This document shows, in pieces, positions 41,901-51,764 of a DNA stretch of 64,000 nucleotides. Made by a program: the position numbers and the translations under genes. The notes beneath the pieces are model-generated. The model saw only the letters and a program-made list of their open reading frames with translations, did not search any database and was not told where the DNA came from. Source of the DNA: Bradymonadia bacterium (GTDB lineage Bacteria; Myxococcota_A; Bradymonadia; UBA7976; UBA1532); contig JBMOFP010000005.1 in the NCBI GenBank assembly GCA_049318805.1, positions 960-64,959 on the forward strand. Reading direction: 5' to 3'. How positions within the stretch are numbered: the first letter of the stretch is position 1; every line of letters begins with the position of its first letter.

Positions 41901-44900
41901 AGGTCATCCTCGACCACGAAGAGGAGCCGTCGGCCCGTCGTCGGTTGATGATGCGGAGCGCATCGGTCGCCGAGCAGTCGCTGCGGAATCCCGACGGCGC
42001 TTTCGAGTGGGTGCGCCGTGTACTCCGGGAGTTGCCGGCCGACGCGGAAGCGCGGACGGAGCTGGAGCGCCTCGGCGGTTTGACGAACCAGTGGGCGACG
42101 GTGCACGACGACCTCGTCGAGGCGCTGGGGGCCGTCGGGCCCGACGCGGACGCCCAGCTCGCCCTGACTCTGACGCTCGCGCGCCTCCTGGACGAGAAGC
42201 TCGGCCAGAGCCACGACGCCCTCCAGCGCTTCCACGACGCGCTGTCCATCGACCCCGACAATCGCGCCGCGCTCGACGCCGTGGAGCAGCTCTACGCGCG
42301 TATGGCCAACTGGCCCGAGCTCCTCGGCATCCTCGACCGGAAGATCGCGCTCACGGACACCCTCGACGAGCGCAAGGTCCTGCTCCGCAAGCAGGCCGCG
42401 ATCTTCGAGGAGCAGCTGGACGACGCGCTCTCTGCCATCGAGAAGCACCGCGCCGTCGTGGACGAGGACAAGACGGACACCGAGGCCCTCGCGGCGCTCC
42501 ATCGGCTCTTCAAGGCCGGTGAACAGTGGGATGCGCTGCACGCGGTGCTCCTGCAGCAGTTGGCGCTTGCCCTCGAGGCGGGCGATGCGTCGGTCACCGC
42601 GCTCAAGCTCGAGCTCGGGGCCATCGAAAACGCGCACCTCGGTCAGACCGGGGAAGCCGTCGAGCGGTACCGCGAGGTTCTCGCGGTCGAAGCCACCCAC
42701 GTCGGCGCGCGTGAGGCGCTCGAGGCGTTGCTGGACGACCCCGAGCACCGCCGAAACGTCGCGCTCATCCTGGAGCCCCTCTACCAGGACCAGGGGGCCT
42801 GGCAACCGTTGGTCCGCGTGCTCGAGATCGAGCTCGAAGAGACGACCGACGGGCCCGCTCGATTCGAGCTGCTCGAGCGGATCGGGACGCTCCAGGCGGA
42901 GCGCATCGCCGACGTCGACCTCGCCTTCGATGCGTTCGCGCGCGCTTTCCGCGAGACGCCGTCGAGCCGCGTCGCCGTGACCCGACTCACGGAGCTCGCC
43001 GAGGCGGGCCAGAAGTTCAGCGAGTTCACGGCGCTGCTCGAGGACGTCGTGCCCGACGTGAAGGACGCCGGGCTCTCCCTCGACCTGCTCGCGCGCCTCG
43101 CGACGACCTACGAGGAGAAGCTCGATGATGGCGCGCGGGCCATCGACGCGCACAACCGCGTGCTCCTCGTGGAGCCGGAGCACCGGCCGTCGATCGTCGC
43201 GCTCGAGCGCCTGTACCAACGCAACGAGATGTGGCCCGAGCTCCTGTCGATCTACCGGCGGCAGCTCGAGCTCGCGCCCGATGCCGGCACGAAGGAAGAG
43301 CTGCAGTTCCGCGCCGGCGCGCTGCTCGAGGACATGCTCGGGGACGCGCCCGAGGCGATCGCGACCTACGGAGAGGTGCTGTCGCAAGACCCCTCGAACG
43401 TGCGCGCGCTTCAGGCCCTCGACCGCCTCTACCAGCAGCAGGCGATGTGGGTCGAGCTCTCCGAGTGCATCGAGAAGCAGCTCGCGCTGTCGACGGATGT
43501 GGCCGAGCAGACCCGACTTCGGGTTCGCCTCGGCACACTCCACGAGGGCGCCCTCGGCAACGCCCTGCTCGCCATCGAGACCTACCGCGCGGTGCTCGCC
43601 GCCGATCCCGACAACGCGGAGGCCATCGACGCCCTCGAGCGGCTGCTCGCGGAGCCGAGCCACCAGCCCACCATCGCCGACATCCTCGAGCCCCTCTACC
43701 GCGCCCGCGACGAGTGGCAGAAGCTCATCGGGGTCTACGAGATTCAGCGTGAGCACGCCGAGGAGCCGAAGCGGCAAATCGAGCTGCTCCATCGAATCGC
43801 CGATCTGCACCAGAACCGCGGCGGCTCGCCCGAGGAGACGTTCCGGAGCTACGCGCGGGCCTTCGCGGTCGAACCGAGCGACCCCCGAACGCTGGCTGAG
43901 CTCTCGCGGATCGCCGAGGCCTTCGAGATGTGGGGCGACCTCGTCGCCGTCTACGAGGTGCAGGTCGAAGAGATCGCGGACGCGGTCGTCGCGTCGGACG
44001 TGCACAAGCGGATCGCGCGGGTGCAGCGTGCGCAGCTCAACGACCTCGAAGGTGCACGTCGGCACTACGAGGCGGCGTACGCGAGCGACGATACGGATGG
44101 TGAGGCCATCGACGCGCTCGAGGCGCTCTACTTCCACTTCCAGCAGTGGAACGAGCTCGTCGCTGTGCTTGTCCGCAAGGTGGAGCTCACCGAGGACGTC
44201 GACGCGAAGAAGGGCCTGCTTTTCCGCGTCAGCGCGCTCTACGAGGAGATGCTCGAGGATCCGTATCGGGCCGTCGAGACGTACCGTGCCGTGCTCGAGC
44301 TGGACGCCGTCGACGCACGCGCGCTCGACGCCCTCGAGCGCATCTTCCTCACCCTCGGCCAGTGGGAGGACCTCATGGAGGTGCTCCACCGCAAGGCGGA
44401 GCTGACCGAGGAGTTGAGCGCACGCAAGGACATCTACTACGTCATCGGCGCGGCTTATGACCGTGAGCTGGACGACCTGACGCGCGCCGTCGAGACGTAC
44501 CAGAAGGTCCTTTCGTGGGACGCCGAGGACCAGACCGCGCTCACCGCCCTCGACCGCTTGTACGCGCGGATGGAGAAGTGGGACGAGCTGCTCGCCGTGC
44601 TTCGGCGCTCCGTCGAGGTCGAGGGTGAACCCGAGGCCCGGGTCGCGCTGCGCTTCCGCGTCGCGAACCTCTACGAGACCTCCATGGACGACGTGGCGCA
44701 GGCCGTGTCCGGCTACGCCTCGATTCTCGCGGATGTGCCGGGCCACGAGCCCAGCCTCCAAGCCCTGGAAGGACTCGTCCGTTCGGACCGCGAGGCGCGC
44801 CGAGCGACCTCGGTGCTCGAGCCCGTGCACCAGGCGGCCGGGGCCTGGGAGCGTTTGATCGGGGTGTGGCGCAGCCTGCTGGACGTGACCACGGATCCCG

Positions 44901-47900
44901 AGCAGCGCACGGCGCTGCGCATGCAGATCGGTCAGGCCTGGGAGGACATGCTCGGCGACGCCGACCGCGCCTTCGAGGCTTTCGGCGACGCGTTCCGAGA
45001 CGATCCGAACGAGGCTCAAGCGGTCGTCGCGCTGGAGCGCGTCGCGCGCAGCGCGGACCTGTGGCGGCCCATGGTCGAGCTCGTCGAGAACCAGCTCAAT
45101 CGGCTCCACGGTGAGCCCGTCGCGCGTGACTTGTACCTGCGGGTCGCGCGCATCCACGAGGTCGAGCTCGGGTCGAACCTGGACGCCATCGAGCGGTACC
45201 GTCGAGTCCTCGAGCTCGAGCCCGACGACGAGGGTGCGATCCTCGCCCTCGATCGCCTGTACGAGAAGGAAGGCCTGTGGGTCGAACTCGTGGAGGTGCT
45301 CCGGCTCGAGATCGCCCGGGCCGAGGCGACCGATGCTCGGGTCTCGCTCCACCTGCGACTCGGGACTCTCCTCGAGAGCGCGCTCTCGGACGTCGAAGGC
45401 GCCATCGCGGCCTACCGTGAGGTGCTCTCCGAGGCCCCGGGTCATGCTGAGGCCATCGCGGCCCTCGAGCGCCTCTTCGCGGCCGGCCACGCCCAGCCCC
45501 AGGTCGGCGAGCTCCTCGAGCCCTACTACGTCGAGCTCGAGGACTGGACGGCCCTGCATGGGCTCCTCGAGGCGCTGCTCGCCCATCGCGAGCCGGGCGA
45601 GGACCGCATGCGGCACCTCCACCGTCTGGCCGAGCTCGCCCTCGAGCGACTCTCCAACGAGTCCAAGGCGTTGGACTGGTATGGCGTGTCGTTCCGCGAG
45701 ACCCCGGAGGACGAGACCGCACGCAAAGAGCTCGGTCGACTCGCGCAGCGCACGGGTCGCTTCGAGGACCTCGTCCGGATCTTCGCCGAAGGCCTGCAGC
45801 GCACTCAGGATGCCGAGCTGCTGCGCTCCGTCAGCCACGAGATGGCCACGCTCTATCGGACCCGACTGCACGAGGACACGGCCGCGGAGGACGTGTACCA
45901 GTACATCCTGCAGATCGATCCGGTCGACCGCGACGCGCTCCGCGGCCTCGATGAGCTCTTCCTCGCCCAGCACCGCTGGGCGGAGCTCGTGGACGTCCTC
46001 AAGCGTGAGATCAGCTCGACCTACGACGAAGCCGAGCTGCTCGCGTACATGTTCCGCCTGGGCCAGGTCTACGAGACCTACCTCGGCGAGCTGGACCTCG
46101 CGGTCGGTCAGTACCGCGGCATCCTCGACCAGGACCCGCACCACCTGGGGGCCCTCGAGCGACTCGAGCGCATCTACCACGCGCGTGAGGAGTGGGAGCC
46201 GCTCTACGACGTGTATGGGCGGATGTCCGAGGTCGCCGAGCTCGACGTGCGCAAGGCCGAGCTCTACGCGTCCATGGCGCGCATCGCCGAGAACGCGCTC
46301 GGTCGTCCCGAGGACGCCATCGACCTGTGGAACAAGGTGCTCGACCTCAAGGGCGAGGAGCCCGAGGCGCTGCGCGCCCTCGAGACGCTGCACGAGGCCC
46401 TCGAGCGGTGGCGCGAGCTGGTCGACGTGTGCGAGCGGCAGGTGAACCTCGTCGAGAACGATCCCGTGCGCGAGCTGGAGCTCTTCGCGAAGCTCGGCCG
46501 CGTGTGGGGGGACCACCTCGATCGCGAGCGCAACGCGCTCGAGAGCTGGGGCAAAGTCCTCGCCCTCGATCCGCTGCACGAGGGCGCACTGTGGGCCATC
46601 CGCGGCCTGCACGAGCGCACGGCCGACTTCGCCGAGCTGGCCCGGACGAACCACCGGCTGCTCGAGCTGCTGCCGGGCGGTGATCCGCGTCGAGTCGACC
46701 TCTATCGACAGCTCGGTGAGCTCTACCAGAAGTCGCTGGAGAACCCGACCGAGGCGATTCGCGCGTGGAACAGCCTGCTCGCGGTCGAGCCGCAGGACCC
46801 GGACGCCATCGACGCGCTCGAAGAGCTGCACACCGCCGCCGAGGATTGGCGGTCCTGTGTCGCCGTGCTCGAGCGGAAGGCCGAGGGTACGGCCGACCTC
46901 TTCGACCGTACGAGCATCCTCTTCCGCATCGCCGAGATGTGGGAGAAGAACATCGGTGAGGTGGACGGCGCGAAGCGTGCGTACGCCCAGATCATCGAGC
47001 TGCAGCCGTCGAGCCTCGACGCCTCGCAGGAGCTCGAGCGCCTCTACGAGGCCGACATGCAGTGGGAGGAGCTGGTCAACCTGCTCCTCGTGCGGGTCGA
47101 GCACACGACCGAGGCCTTCGAGCGTGAAGCGCTCTTGAAGCGGACCGCCTTCGTCTTCGAGGACAAGCTCCAGAGCGCGGACAACGCGTTCGTCGTCCTG
47201 TCCAAGGCCTTCGAGGAGAGCCGCGACGACGAGGGTCTCGGCGCCGAGCTGGAGCGCCTCGCCGGCATCGAGGGCAAGTGGAACGAGCTCGTCTCGCTGT
47301 ACGAAGGGGTCATTCAGAGCATCGGCCAGACCGCCGACTCCGTCCCTCTGCACCTTCGGGTCGCAGGCTGGTACGACCGACACCTGGGCACACCCGAGCA
47401 CGCCGGAACCCACTACCAGTATGTGCTGACCATCGAGCCCGACAATGCGCGGGCCCTGGGCGCCCTCGAGAACCTGCTCGAGCGCTACAACAAGTGGCCC
47501 GAGGTCGTCGCCGTGCTCCAGCGCCGCGCCGAGCTCTCCAACGAGCCGGACGAGCGCAAGGCCGCCCTGGAGAAGATGGCGCGCATCCTCGAGGAACGCC
47601 TCGAGCGACCCGATGCGGCCATCGACGCCTGGCAGCAGGTCATGGCGATCGACGACACCGAGATGTCGACGCTGCAGGCGCTCGAGCGGCTCTACGCGAC
47701 CCGCGAGCGGTGGCAGGACCTGGTGCACACCCTGACGCGTCAGGCCCAGGTGCTGTACGACAGCGCTCAGATCGTCGAGTGTCACCTCCGCATCGGCGAG
47801 CTCTACGAAGGGCGGCTCAGCGCGCCCGATCGGGCCGTGGAGGCTTACCGCCAGGCGCTCTCCGTCGATGATCGGTGCCTCGACGCGATGATCGCCCTCG

Positions 47901-50900
47901 AGAAGCTCTTCACCGCCCGCGTGCGTTGGACCGAGCTGCTCGACGTGTACGAGATGATGCTGAACGTGCGGACCGAGCCCACGCAGCAGCTCACGATCTA
48001 CGGTCGCATCGCGCACATCCAGGAGACTGAGCTCAACGACGCCTCGGCGACGATCGAGACCTACCGCAAGATGCTGTCGGTCGACGCATCGAACCCCCAG
48101 CCCGTGCGCGCCCTGGAGCGGCTCTACACGAGCCACGAGCGTTGGCACGACCTGGCCGAGGTGTATCGGCTTCACCTGGACGCGGTCCAGGACACGCGGG
48201 CACGCATCGAGAACTCGACCGCCCTGGCGCGGCTCTATCGTGAGCAGCTGCGGGACCCGTACGCCGCGATCGAGACTCTCGGCCCGGTCCTCGAGCTCGA
48301 CGGGCAGCACCTGCAGACCCTCTCGACGCTCGGTGAGCTCTTCGCCGAGGTTCAGGACTGGCCCAACGCCATCGACGCCCTCAGCCGCGAGTCCCGACTC
48401 TTGTCGGACCGGGGCGCCGTGCTCGACCGGATCTTCCGGGTGGGCCGGATCTACGAGGAGCGCATCGGCGACCTCGACCAGGCCGAGACCTGGTACAAGA
48501 GCGCGCTCGAGCACGACCCGAACTTCCTGCCGGCGCTCGTGGCCCTCAAGGGCCTGCACGTGCAGCGCGCCGAGTGGCCCGAGGTCGTGCGCACCCTGAA
48601 GATGATCGAGGCCGCGACCCGGAGTCTGCCCGAGAAGAGCATGTGCCTCTTCGAGATCGGGCAGGTGTACGAGCGCTCACTCGAAGACCGCGGCACGGCC
48701 GTGGACTACTACGAGCAGGCGATGGACCTGGACGACCGCAACGTCTCCGCGGCCGCGCCCCTCGTGGAGGTCTACCTCGGCGACCAGCGGTGGGAGCGCG
48801 CCGAACCCCTGCTCGACCTGATCCTCGAGGCGCGGCAGCGTGAGGGCGTGGACCCGCGCGACCTGCAGGCGCTCGCGTACAAGCTGGGCTACGTCGCCGA
48901 GCAGCTCCACAAGGACGAGAAGGCCGTCGCCCAGTACAAGCAGGCCTACGAGCTCGACAGCACGCACCTGCCGACGCTGCAGGGCATGGGCAACCTGCTC
49001 TTCCGTCGGGAGGACTGGGACCGCGCGTTCAAGATCTACCAGACGATCCTCGTGCACCACCGCGAGAACCTGCGGGACGAGGAGGTCGTCGACGTCTTCT
49101 TCCGCCAGGGCTTGGTGAAGCTGAAGGTCGGCGAGCGGCGCAAGGCGCTCGACTTCTTCCGTAAGGCGCTGGACCTCGCGCCGCACAACGAGGAGGTGCT
49201 GCGCGCCATCGTCGACGTGCATGAGAAGCAGGGCGACTGGGAAGACGTCATCAACTTCCGGCGCAAGCTGCTGGAGCTCACGAAGGACGCGAACGAGCAG
49301 TTCCTGTCCCTCGTCAGCATCGGCGACATCTTCAAGGAGCAGCTGCGCAGCCCGTCCCGCGCGATCGAGGCCTACAAGGAGGCTCTCGGGCTCCAGGCCG
49401 ACAGCCGCATCGTGCTCGGCAAGCTGCTGGACCTGTACCAGGAGGCTCGCCTCTGGGCGGAGGCCGTGGACATCCTCACGCGCCTCGCGGAGCTCGAGCG
49501 CGACCTGGCGCGTCAGGCCAAGTACTACTACACCGTCGGTGTCATTCAGCGGGACGAGCTGAAGGACAACTTCGTCGCCGTCCGTACGCTGGACAAGGCA
49601 CTGGACGCGGACCCGGCGATGCTGAAGGCCTTCCAGGCCATCGACCAGATCCTCACCCAGGAGCGGGACTACGAGCGCCAGGATCGCTACTACCGCAAGA
49701 TGCTCAAGCGGGCGATGGAGCAGAAGCTCGACGACAAGCTGATCATCACGCTCGCGAAGGGCCTGGGTGAGATCAACCGGTCGCGCCTGAAGAAGTACGA
49801 AGAGGCGATCAAGGCCTACAAGATCGCCCTCGGTCGTCAGCCCGACGACCTCCAGACGCACACGATCGTGGCTGAGCTCTACGAGCTCAACGAGCAGCCC
49901 GACCGCGCCGTGGCCGAGCACTATCGAATGATCGAGCTCAAGCCGCAGCACGTGGAGAGCTACCAGCAGCTGCGCCGGCTCTTCATGGAGAGCCAGCGCT
50001 TCGACGAGGCCTGGTGTGTCTGCCAGGTGCTCTCGTACCTGGGCCACGCCAACGCCGACGAGCGCGCCTTCTTCGAGAAGTACCGCTCCAAGACCCTGAC
50101 GCAGGCGCGCAAGGCCCTCGACAACGAGCAGTGGGCCCTCGTCTACCACCCCGAGCAGAGCCTCCTGCTGGCCCAGTTCTTCCAGCGGATGTACCAGTAC
50201 TCCGTGCCGCTCATGGCCGTGCAGCACAAGGATCTGAAGCTGCACAAGAAGAAGGACCTGCTCGAGCCGACGGAGCAGACGCCGTTCAACAGCGTGCTCA
50301 ACTACGTGACCCAGGTCACGCGGCTGACCCGCGTCGAGGTCTACCGGGCGCCCGACGGCGGCTCCGGCATCGTGACGGCGAACCTGAATCCGCCCGGCAT
50401 GATGGTCGGCGCAGACGTGCTCAGCGGTCGGTCCCTGCAAGAGCTGGCGTTCATCCTCGCCAAGCAGCTCTTTGTGATGGGCCAGCACTACTACCTGGCG
50501 ACCATCGACCCGACGTACGAGCGCCGCAAGGACCGCCTCGCACGCATCGTGTACGGCGTCATGCAGCTCGTGAATCCGGCGACGGACGTGCCGGTGAAGG
50601 ACGAGGGGCTCATCGAGGCCTATCGGGCGATCCCGCCCGCGGACCTGGCCGAGCTCCAGAAGTTCATCACCAAGATGAGCGAGAATCCCCAGCAGCACCT
50701 GAACCTGTCGAAGTGGCTGGAGATGGTCGAGCACTCCTCCAATCGCCTGGCTTTCCTGCTCAGCAACGATCTCGGGGCGGCGGTGCGCAGCCTGAAGAAC
50801 GAGACGGGGCAGTTCAGCAAGGCCCCGGTGCAGGACCGGGTCCGCGAGATCGTGCTCTTCGCCCTGAGCGAGAACTACTTCAAGCTCCGCAAGGCGTTGG

Positions 50901-50917
50901 GTCTCGCCATTGGCTGA
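38942..50917 (+). CDS. Giant cytoplasmic TPR-repeat protein (3991 aa), GltI/AgmK-like
   Basis: The gene is a single uninterrupted 12-kb ORF. The protein has no signal peptide. TPR-like repeats (LYxxLxxWxELxxVL-type) run along its whole length. An internal EAAPEPVV x11 tandem repeat is present. It follows the GltD-H-like genes in the same order as the M. xanthus G1 cluster. Confidence 0.85.
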   Translation: MNERIRELFDAVVQDPSNHVAVDELDGLLRAEGEWSSLVDLQIHLAQNSAEPADAVRRLKIAGQVTEAKLSDPRRAVEIYGASVEADTDARGTLAHMRTLLAGLEDWAAWVQVGEAEVERIESPAERADLIYEIGEVLEEKIADQERAMVCYQAAFQTDQACLRALYAARRIYRQTGHWEMVAQLLDLELQSVTDPDRQAEIYQELGNLLLYDLQNTEMARHCFAAYLKLRPDDADMQAALAELGGAPGEPLGDQTESAPTGQVGEDTEMVGEGTEALAGEATEMGAPAIAEPDLEAAPEPVAEAAPEPVVEAAPEPVVEAAPEPVEEAAPEPVVESAVEPVAEAAPEPVVEAAPEPVVEAAPEPVVEAAHDPVVEAAQAPVAEATPFVETTAPVDLAQLRALAESGDREAQLEALEALAKEAPASEGLAELYLGLVASAPGELDVYLRVGRHLGPASASTLKAIASGLETLARENAGGQGAALSAERVLFGTLHLDEGKTADFKLRELAKTAGADPLAREWQIQRLVETGKWRNIQQMLTDAAGGETPESRGAALRRMAVLALERARDTDKATDFWRQVHLADKHDREARAALQSLYAASGKWNAYVDVLKLDVEEIPDSDRARKVDGLKALIRVYTQHLNLDAMVVTLYGQVLALAPDDAEAIAALVEKYEGMRRWPDLVALLQKQVDGAVEQSQRVDLNLRIAHLYLDKFRNQAEAIKAYEAVLADEPANRTAIEALQDMYEKRREWEKLVAVQRQLADAEPDSAARAAKYKEIADNATKKIRKPSISLELWEQVLEIEPGDVDALRALVALYESEKQWDRLVEAVEALVERVSDTAEKIDLLQRAGTVLQDRVGDRAGSVRFWQGLLALDAENRRAHEALKKALVELGDWDGLTALFGDRGKWDELVRLLDGQVGVQKDDATRIDLLFRTATIFDTHLGQKDRAVRALERILQLEPRNVVGARALEPIYEEAKEFRKLANVLEVILDHEEEPSARRRLMMRSASVAEQSLRNPDGAFEWVRRVLRELPADAEARTELERLGGLTNQWATVHDDLVEALGAVGPDADAQLALTLTLARLLDEKLGQSHDALQRFHDALSIDPDNRAALDAVEQLYARMANWPELLGILDRKIALTDTLDERKVLLRKQAAIFEEQLDDALSAIEKHRAVVDEDKTDTEALAALHRLFKAGEQWDALHAVLLQQLALALEAGDASVTALKLELGAIENAHLGQTGEAVERYREVLAVEATHVGAREALEALLDDPEHRRNVALILEPLYQDQGAWQPLVRVLEIELEETTDGPARFELLERIGTLQAERIADVDLAFDAFARAFRETPSSRVAVTRLTELAEAGQKFSEFTALLEDVVPDVKDAGLSLDLLARLATTYEEKLDDGARAIDAHNRVLLVEPEHRPSIVALERLYQRNEMWPELLSIYRRQLELAPDAGTKEELQFRAGALLEDMLGDAPEAIATYGEVLSQDPSNVRALQALDRLYQQQAMWVELSECIEKQLALSTDVAEQTRLRVRLGTLHEGALGNALLAIETYRAVLAADPDNAEAIDALERLLAEPSHQPTIADILEPLYRARDEWQKLIGVYEIQREHAEEPKRQIELLHRIADLHQNRGGSPEETFRSYARAFAVEPSDPRTLAELSRIAEAFEMWGDLVAVYEVQVEEIADAVVASDVHKRIARVQRAQLNDLEGARRHYEAAYASDDTDGEAIDALEALYFHFQQWNELVAVLVRKVELTEDVDAKKGLLFRVSALYEEMLEDPYRAVETYRAVLELDAVDARALDALERIFLTLGQWEDLMEVLHRKAELTEELSARKDIYYVIGAAYDRELDDLTRAVETYQKVLSWDAEDQTALTALDRLYARMEKWDELLAVLRRSVEVEGEPEARVALRFRVANLYETSMDDVAQAVSGYASILADVPGHEPSLQALEGLVRSDREARRATSVLEPVHQAAGAWERLIGVWRSLLDVTTDPEQRTALRMQIGQAWEDMLGDADRAFEAFGDAFRDDPNEAQAVVALERVARSADLWRPMVELVENQLNRLHGEPVARDLYLRVARIHEVELGSNLDAIERYRRVLELEPDDEGAILALDRLYEKEGLWVELVEVLRLEIARAEATDARVSLHLRLGTLLESALSDVEGAIAAYREVLSEAPGHAEAIAALERLFAAGHAQPQVGELLEPYYVELEDWTALHGLLEALLAHREPGEDRMRHLHRLAELALERLSNESKALDWYGVSFRETPEDETARKELGRLAQRTGRFEDLVRIFAEGLQRTQDAELLRSVSHEMATLYRTRLHEDTAAEDVYQYILQIDPVDRDALRGLDELFLAQHRWAELVDVLKREISSTYDEAELLAYMFRLGQVYETYLGELDLAVGQYRGILDQDPHHLGALERLERIYHAREEWEPLYDVYGRMSEVAELDVRKAELYASMARIAENALGRPEDAIDLWNKVLDLKGEEPEALRALETLHEALERWRELVDVCERQVNLVENDPVRELELFAKLGRVWGDHLDRERNALESWGKVLALDPLHEGALWAIRGLHERTADFAELARTNHRLLELLPGGDPRRVDLYRQLGELYQKSLENPTEAIRAWNSLLAVEPQDPDAIDALEELHTAAEDWRSCVAVLERKAEGTADLFDRTSILFRIAEMWEKNIGEVDGAKRAYAQIIELQPSSLDASQELERLYEADMQWEELVNLLLVRVEHTTEAFEREALLKRTAFVFEDKLQSADNAFVVLSKAFEESRDDEGLGAELERLAGIEGKWNELVSLYEGVIQSIGQTADSVPLHLRVAGWYDRHLGTPEHAGTHYQYVLTIEPDNARALGALENLLERYNKWPEVVAVLQRRAELSNEPDERKAALEKMARILEERLERPDAAIDAWQQVMAIDDTEMSTLQALERLYATRERWQDLVHTLTRQAQVLYDSAQIVECHLRIGELYEGRLSAPDRAVEAYRQALSVDDRCLDAMIALEKLFTARVRWTELLDVYEMMLNVRTEPTQQLTIYGRIAHIQETELNDASATIETYRKMLSVDASNPQPVRALERLYTSHERWHDLAEVYRLHLDAVQDTRARIENSTALARLYREQLRDPYAAIETLGPVLELDGQHLQTLSTLGELFAEVQDWPNAIDALSRESRLLSDRGAVLDRIFRVGRIYEERIGDLDQAETWYKSALEHDPNFLPALVALKGLHVQRAEWPEVVRTLKMIEAATRSLPEKSMCLFEIGQVYERSLEDRGTAVDYYEQAMDLDDRNVSAAAPLVEVYLGDQRWERAEPLLDLILEARQREGVDPRDLQALAYKLGYVAEQLHKDEKAVAQYKQAYELDSTHLPTLQGMGNLLFRREDWDRAFKIYQTILVHHRENLRDEEVVDVFFRQGLVKLKVGERRKALDFFRKALDLAPHNEEVLRAIVDVHEKQGDWEDVINFRRKLLELTKDANEQFLSLVSIGDIFKEQLRSPSRAIEAYKEALGLQADSRIVLGKLLDLYQEARLWAEAVDILTRLAELERDLARQAKYYYTVGVIQRDELKDNFVAVRTLDKALDADPAMLKAFQAIDQILTQERDYERQDRYYRKMLKRAMEQKLDDKLIITLAKGLGEINRSRLKKYEEAIKAYKIALGRQPDDLQTHTIVAELYELNEQPDRAVAEHYRMIELKPQHVESYQQLRRLFMESQRFDEAWCVCQVLSYLGHANADERAFFEKYRSKTLTQARKALDNEQWALVYHPEQSLLLAQFFQRMYQYSVPLMAVQHKDLKLHKKKDLLEPTEQTPFNSVLNYVTQVTRLTRVEVYRAPDGGSGIVTANLNPPGMMVGADVLSGRSLQELAFILAKQLFVMGQHYYLATIDPTYERRKDRLARIVYGVMQLVNPATDVPVKDEGLIEAYRAIPPADLAELQKFITKMSENPQQHLNLSKWLEMVEHSSNRLAFLLSNDLGAAVRSLKNETGQFSKAPVQDRVREIVLFALSENYFKLRKALGLAIG
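39827..40090 (+). repeat. 24-nt in-frame tandem repeat (11 units; GAGGCCGCGCCGGAGCCTGTTGTG), encoding EAAPEPVV
   Basis: The repeat was read directly from the sequence. Units 2-6 use CCTGTTGTG codons and units 7-10 use CCGGTCGTC, so there are two homogenised sub-blocks. Confidence 0.9.
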
Positions 50918-51749
50918 GGCGGGTCGACTCCACGTCGTCGCCGTCCCCATCGGGAATCTCGAGGACATCACGCTGCGCGCCCTGCGTGTGCTGCGGGAGG
51001 CCTCGCTCGTGGCGTGCGAGGACACGCGGCGAACGGGGCAACTCCTCGAGCTGCTCGGTCTGCCCGGTCGCCCGCTCCTCGCGGTGCACGACCACAACGA
51101 GCGCGCCCGAAGCGCACGCATCGTCGAGGTCCTCGAGTCTGGTGGGCAGGTGGCGCTCGTCTCGGACGCGGGCACGCCGACGATCAGCGACCCTGGCTAC
51201 AGCCTGGTCCGCGCCGTGGTCGAGGCGGGCTACGCGGTCGTCACGGTGCCTGGACCCTGCGCGGTCGTGGCCGCGCTCGCCGGCGCGGGGCTACCGACGG
51301 ACCGCTTCCGGTTCCTGGGCTTTCCCCCGGCCAAGGTGGAGGCGCGCCGACGTTTCTTCGAGGCCCTCACGGGCGCCCAGGAGACGCTCGTTTTCTACGT
51401 CGCGCCCCACGACCTGGTGGAGGTCTTGCAGTCCGCGCACGACACGATGGGCGGAGGCCGTCCCGCCGTCATCGCGCGCGAGCTCACGAAGCGCTTCGAG
51501 GAGTTCCACCGCGGCACCCTGGCCGACCTGGTCGCCGATCCGGGGGTCGTGCGTGGCGAAGTCGTGCTGTTGATCGGCGGCGCTCCGGAGGAGGCGCTCC
51601 CGGACGCCGACACACTGCACGCCGCGGCGCGCGCCATACAGCAAGAGGGCTTCACCGGCGCCCGTGCGGCCCGCGAGTTGGCGCGCAGAACCGGCGTGGA
51701 TCGCGACGAGGCCTACCGGGTGGTGCTCGCGCTCCGCGGCGAGCGCTGA
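50910..51749 (+). CDS. rsmI: 16S rRNA (cytidine1402-2'-O)-methyltransferase RsmI
   Basis: The translation LHVVAVPIGNLEDITLRALRVLREASLVACEDTRRTGQLL is RsmI-like. The TTG start at 50910 overlaps the end of the giant gene. Confidence 0.85.
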   Translation: MAEAGRLHVVAVPIGNLEDITLRALRVLREASLVACEDTRRTGQLLELLGLPGRPLLAVHDHNERARSARIVEVLESGGQVALVSDAGTPTISDPGYSLVRAVVEAGYAVVTVPGPCAVVAALAGAGLPTDRFRFLGFPPAKVEARRRFFEALTGAQETLVFYVAPHDLVEVLQSAHDTMGGGRPAVIARELTKRFEEFHRGTLADLVADPGVVRGEVVLLIGGAPEEALPDADTLHAAARAIQQEGFTGARAARELARRTGVDRDEAYRVVLALRGER

Positions 51750-51764
51750 GCAGGCCAGGACGCC

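Noticed and set aside
38801-48559. 3252-aa ORF on the minus strand, together with other very long antisense ORFs (476-1552, 1366-4017, 5059-7284, 12840-13991, 14442-17186, 30869-32725, 35808-37814, 48677-51175)
   Set aside because: These ORFs lie antisense or out of frame to strongly supported genes (the giant TPR gene, mutS, ydeP, pfkA and others). Their products are Arg/Gly/Pro-rich low-complexity sequences typical of stop-codon-poor frames in 70% GC DNA. They have no ribosome-binding sites and no domain signatures.
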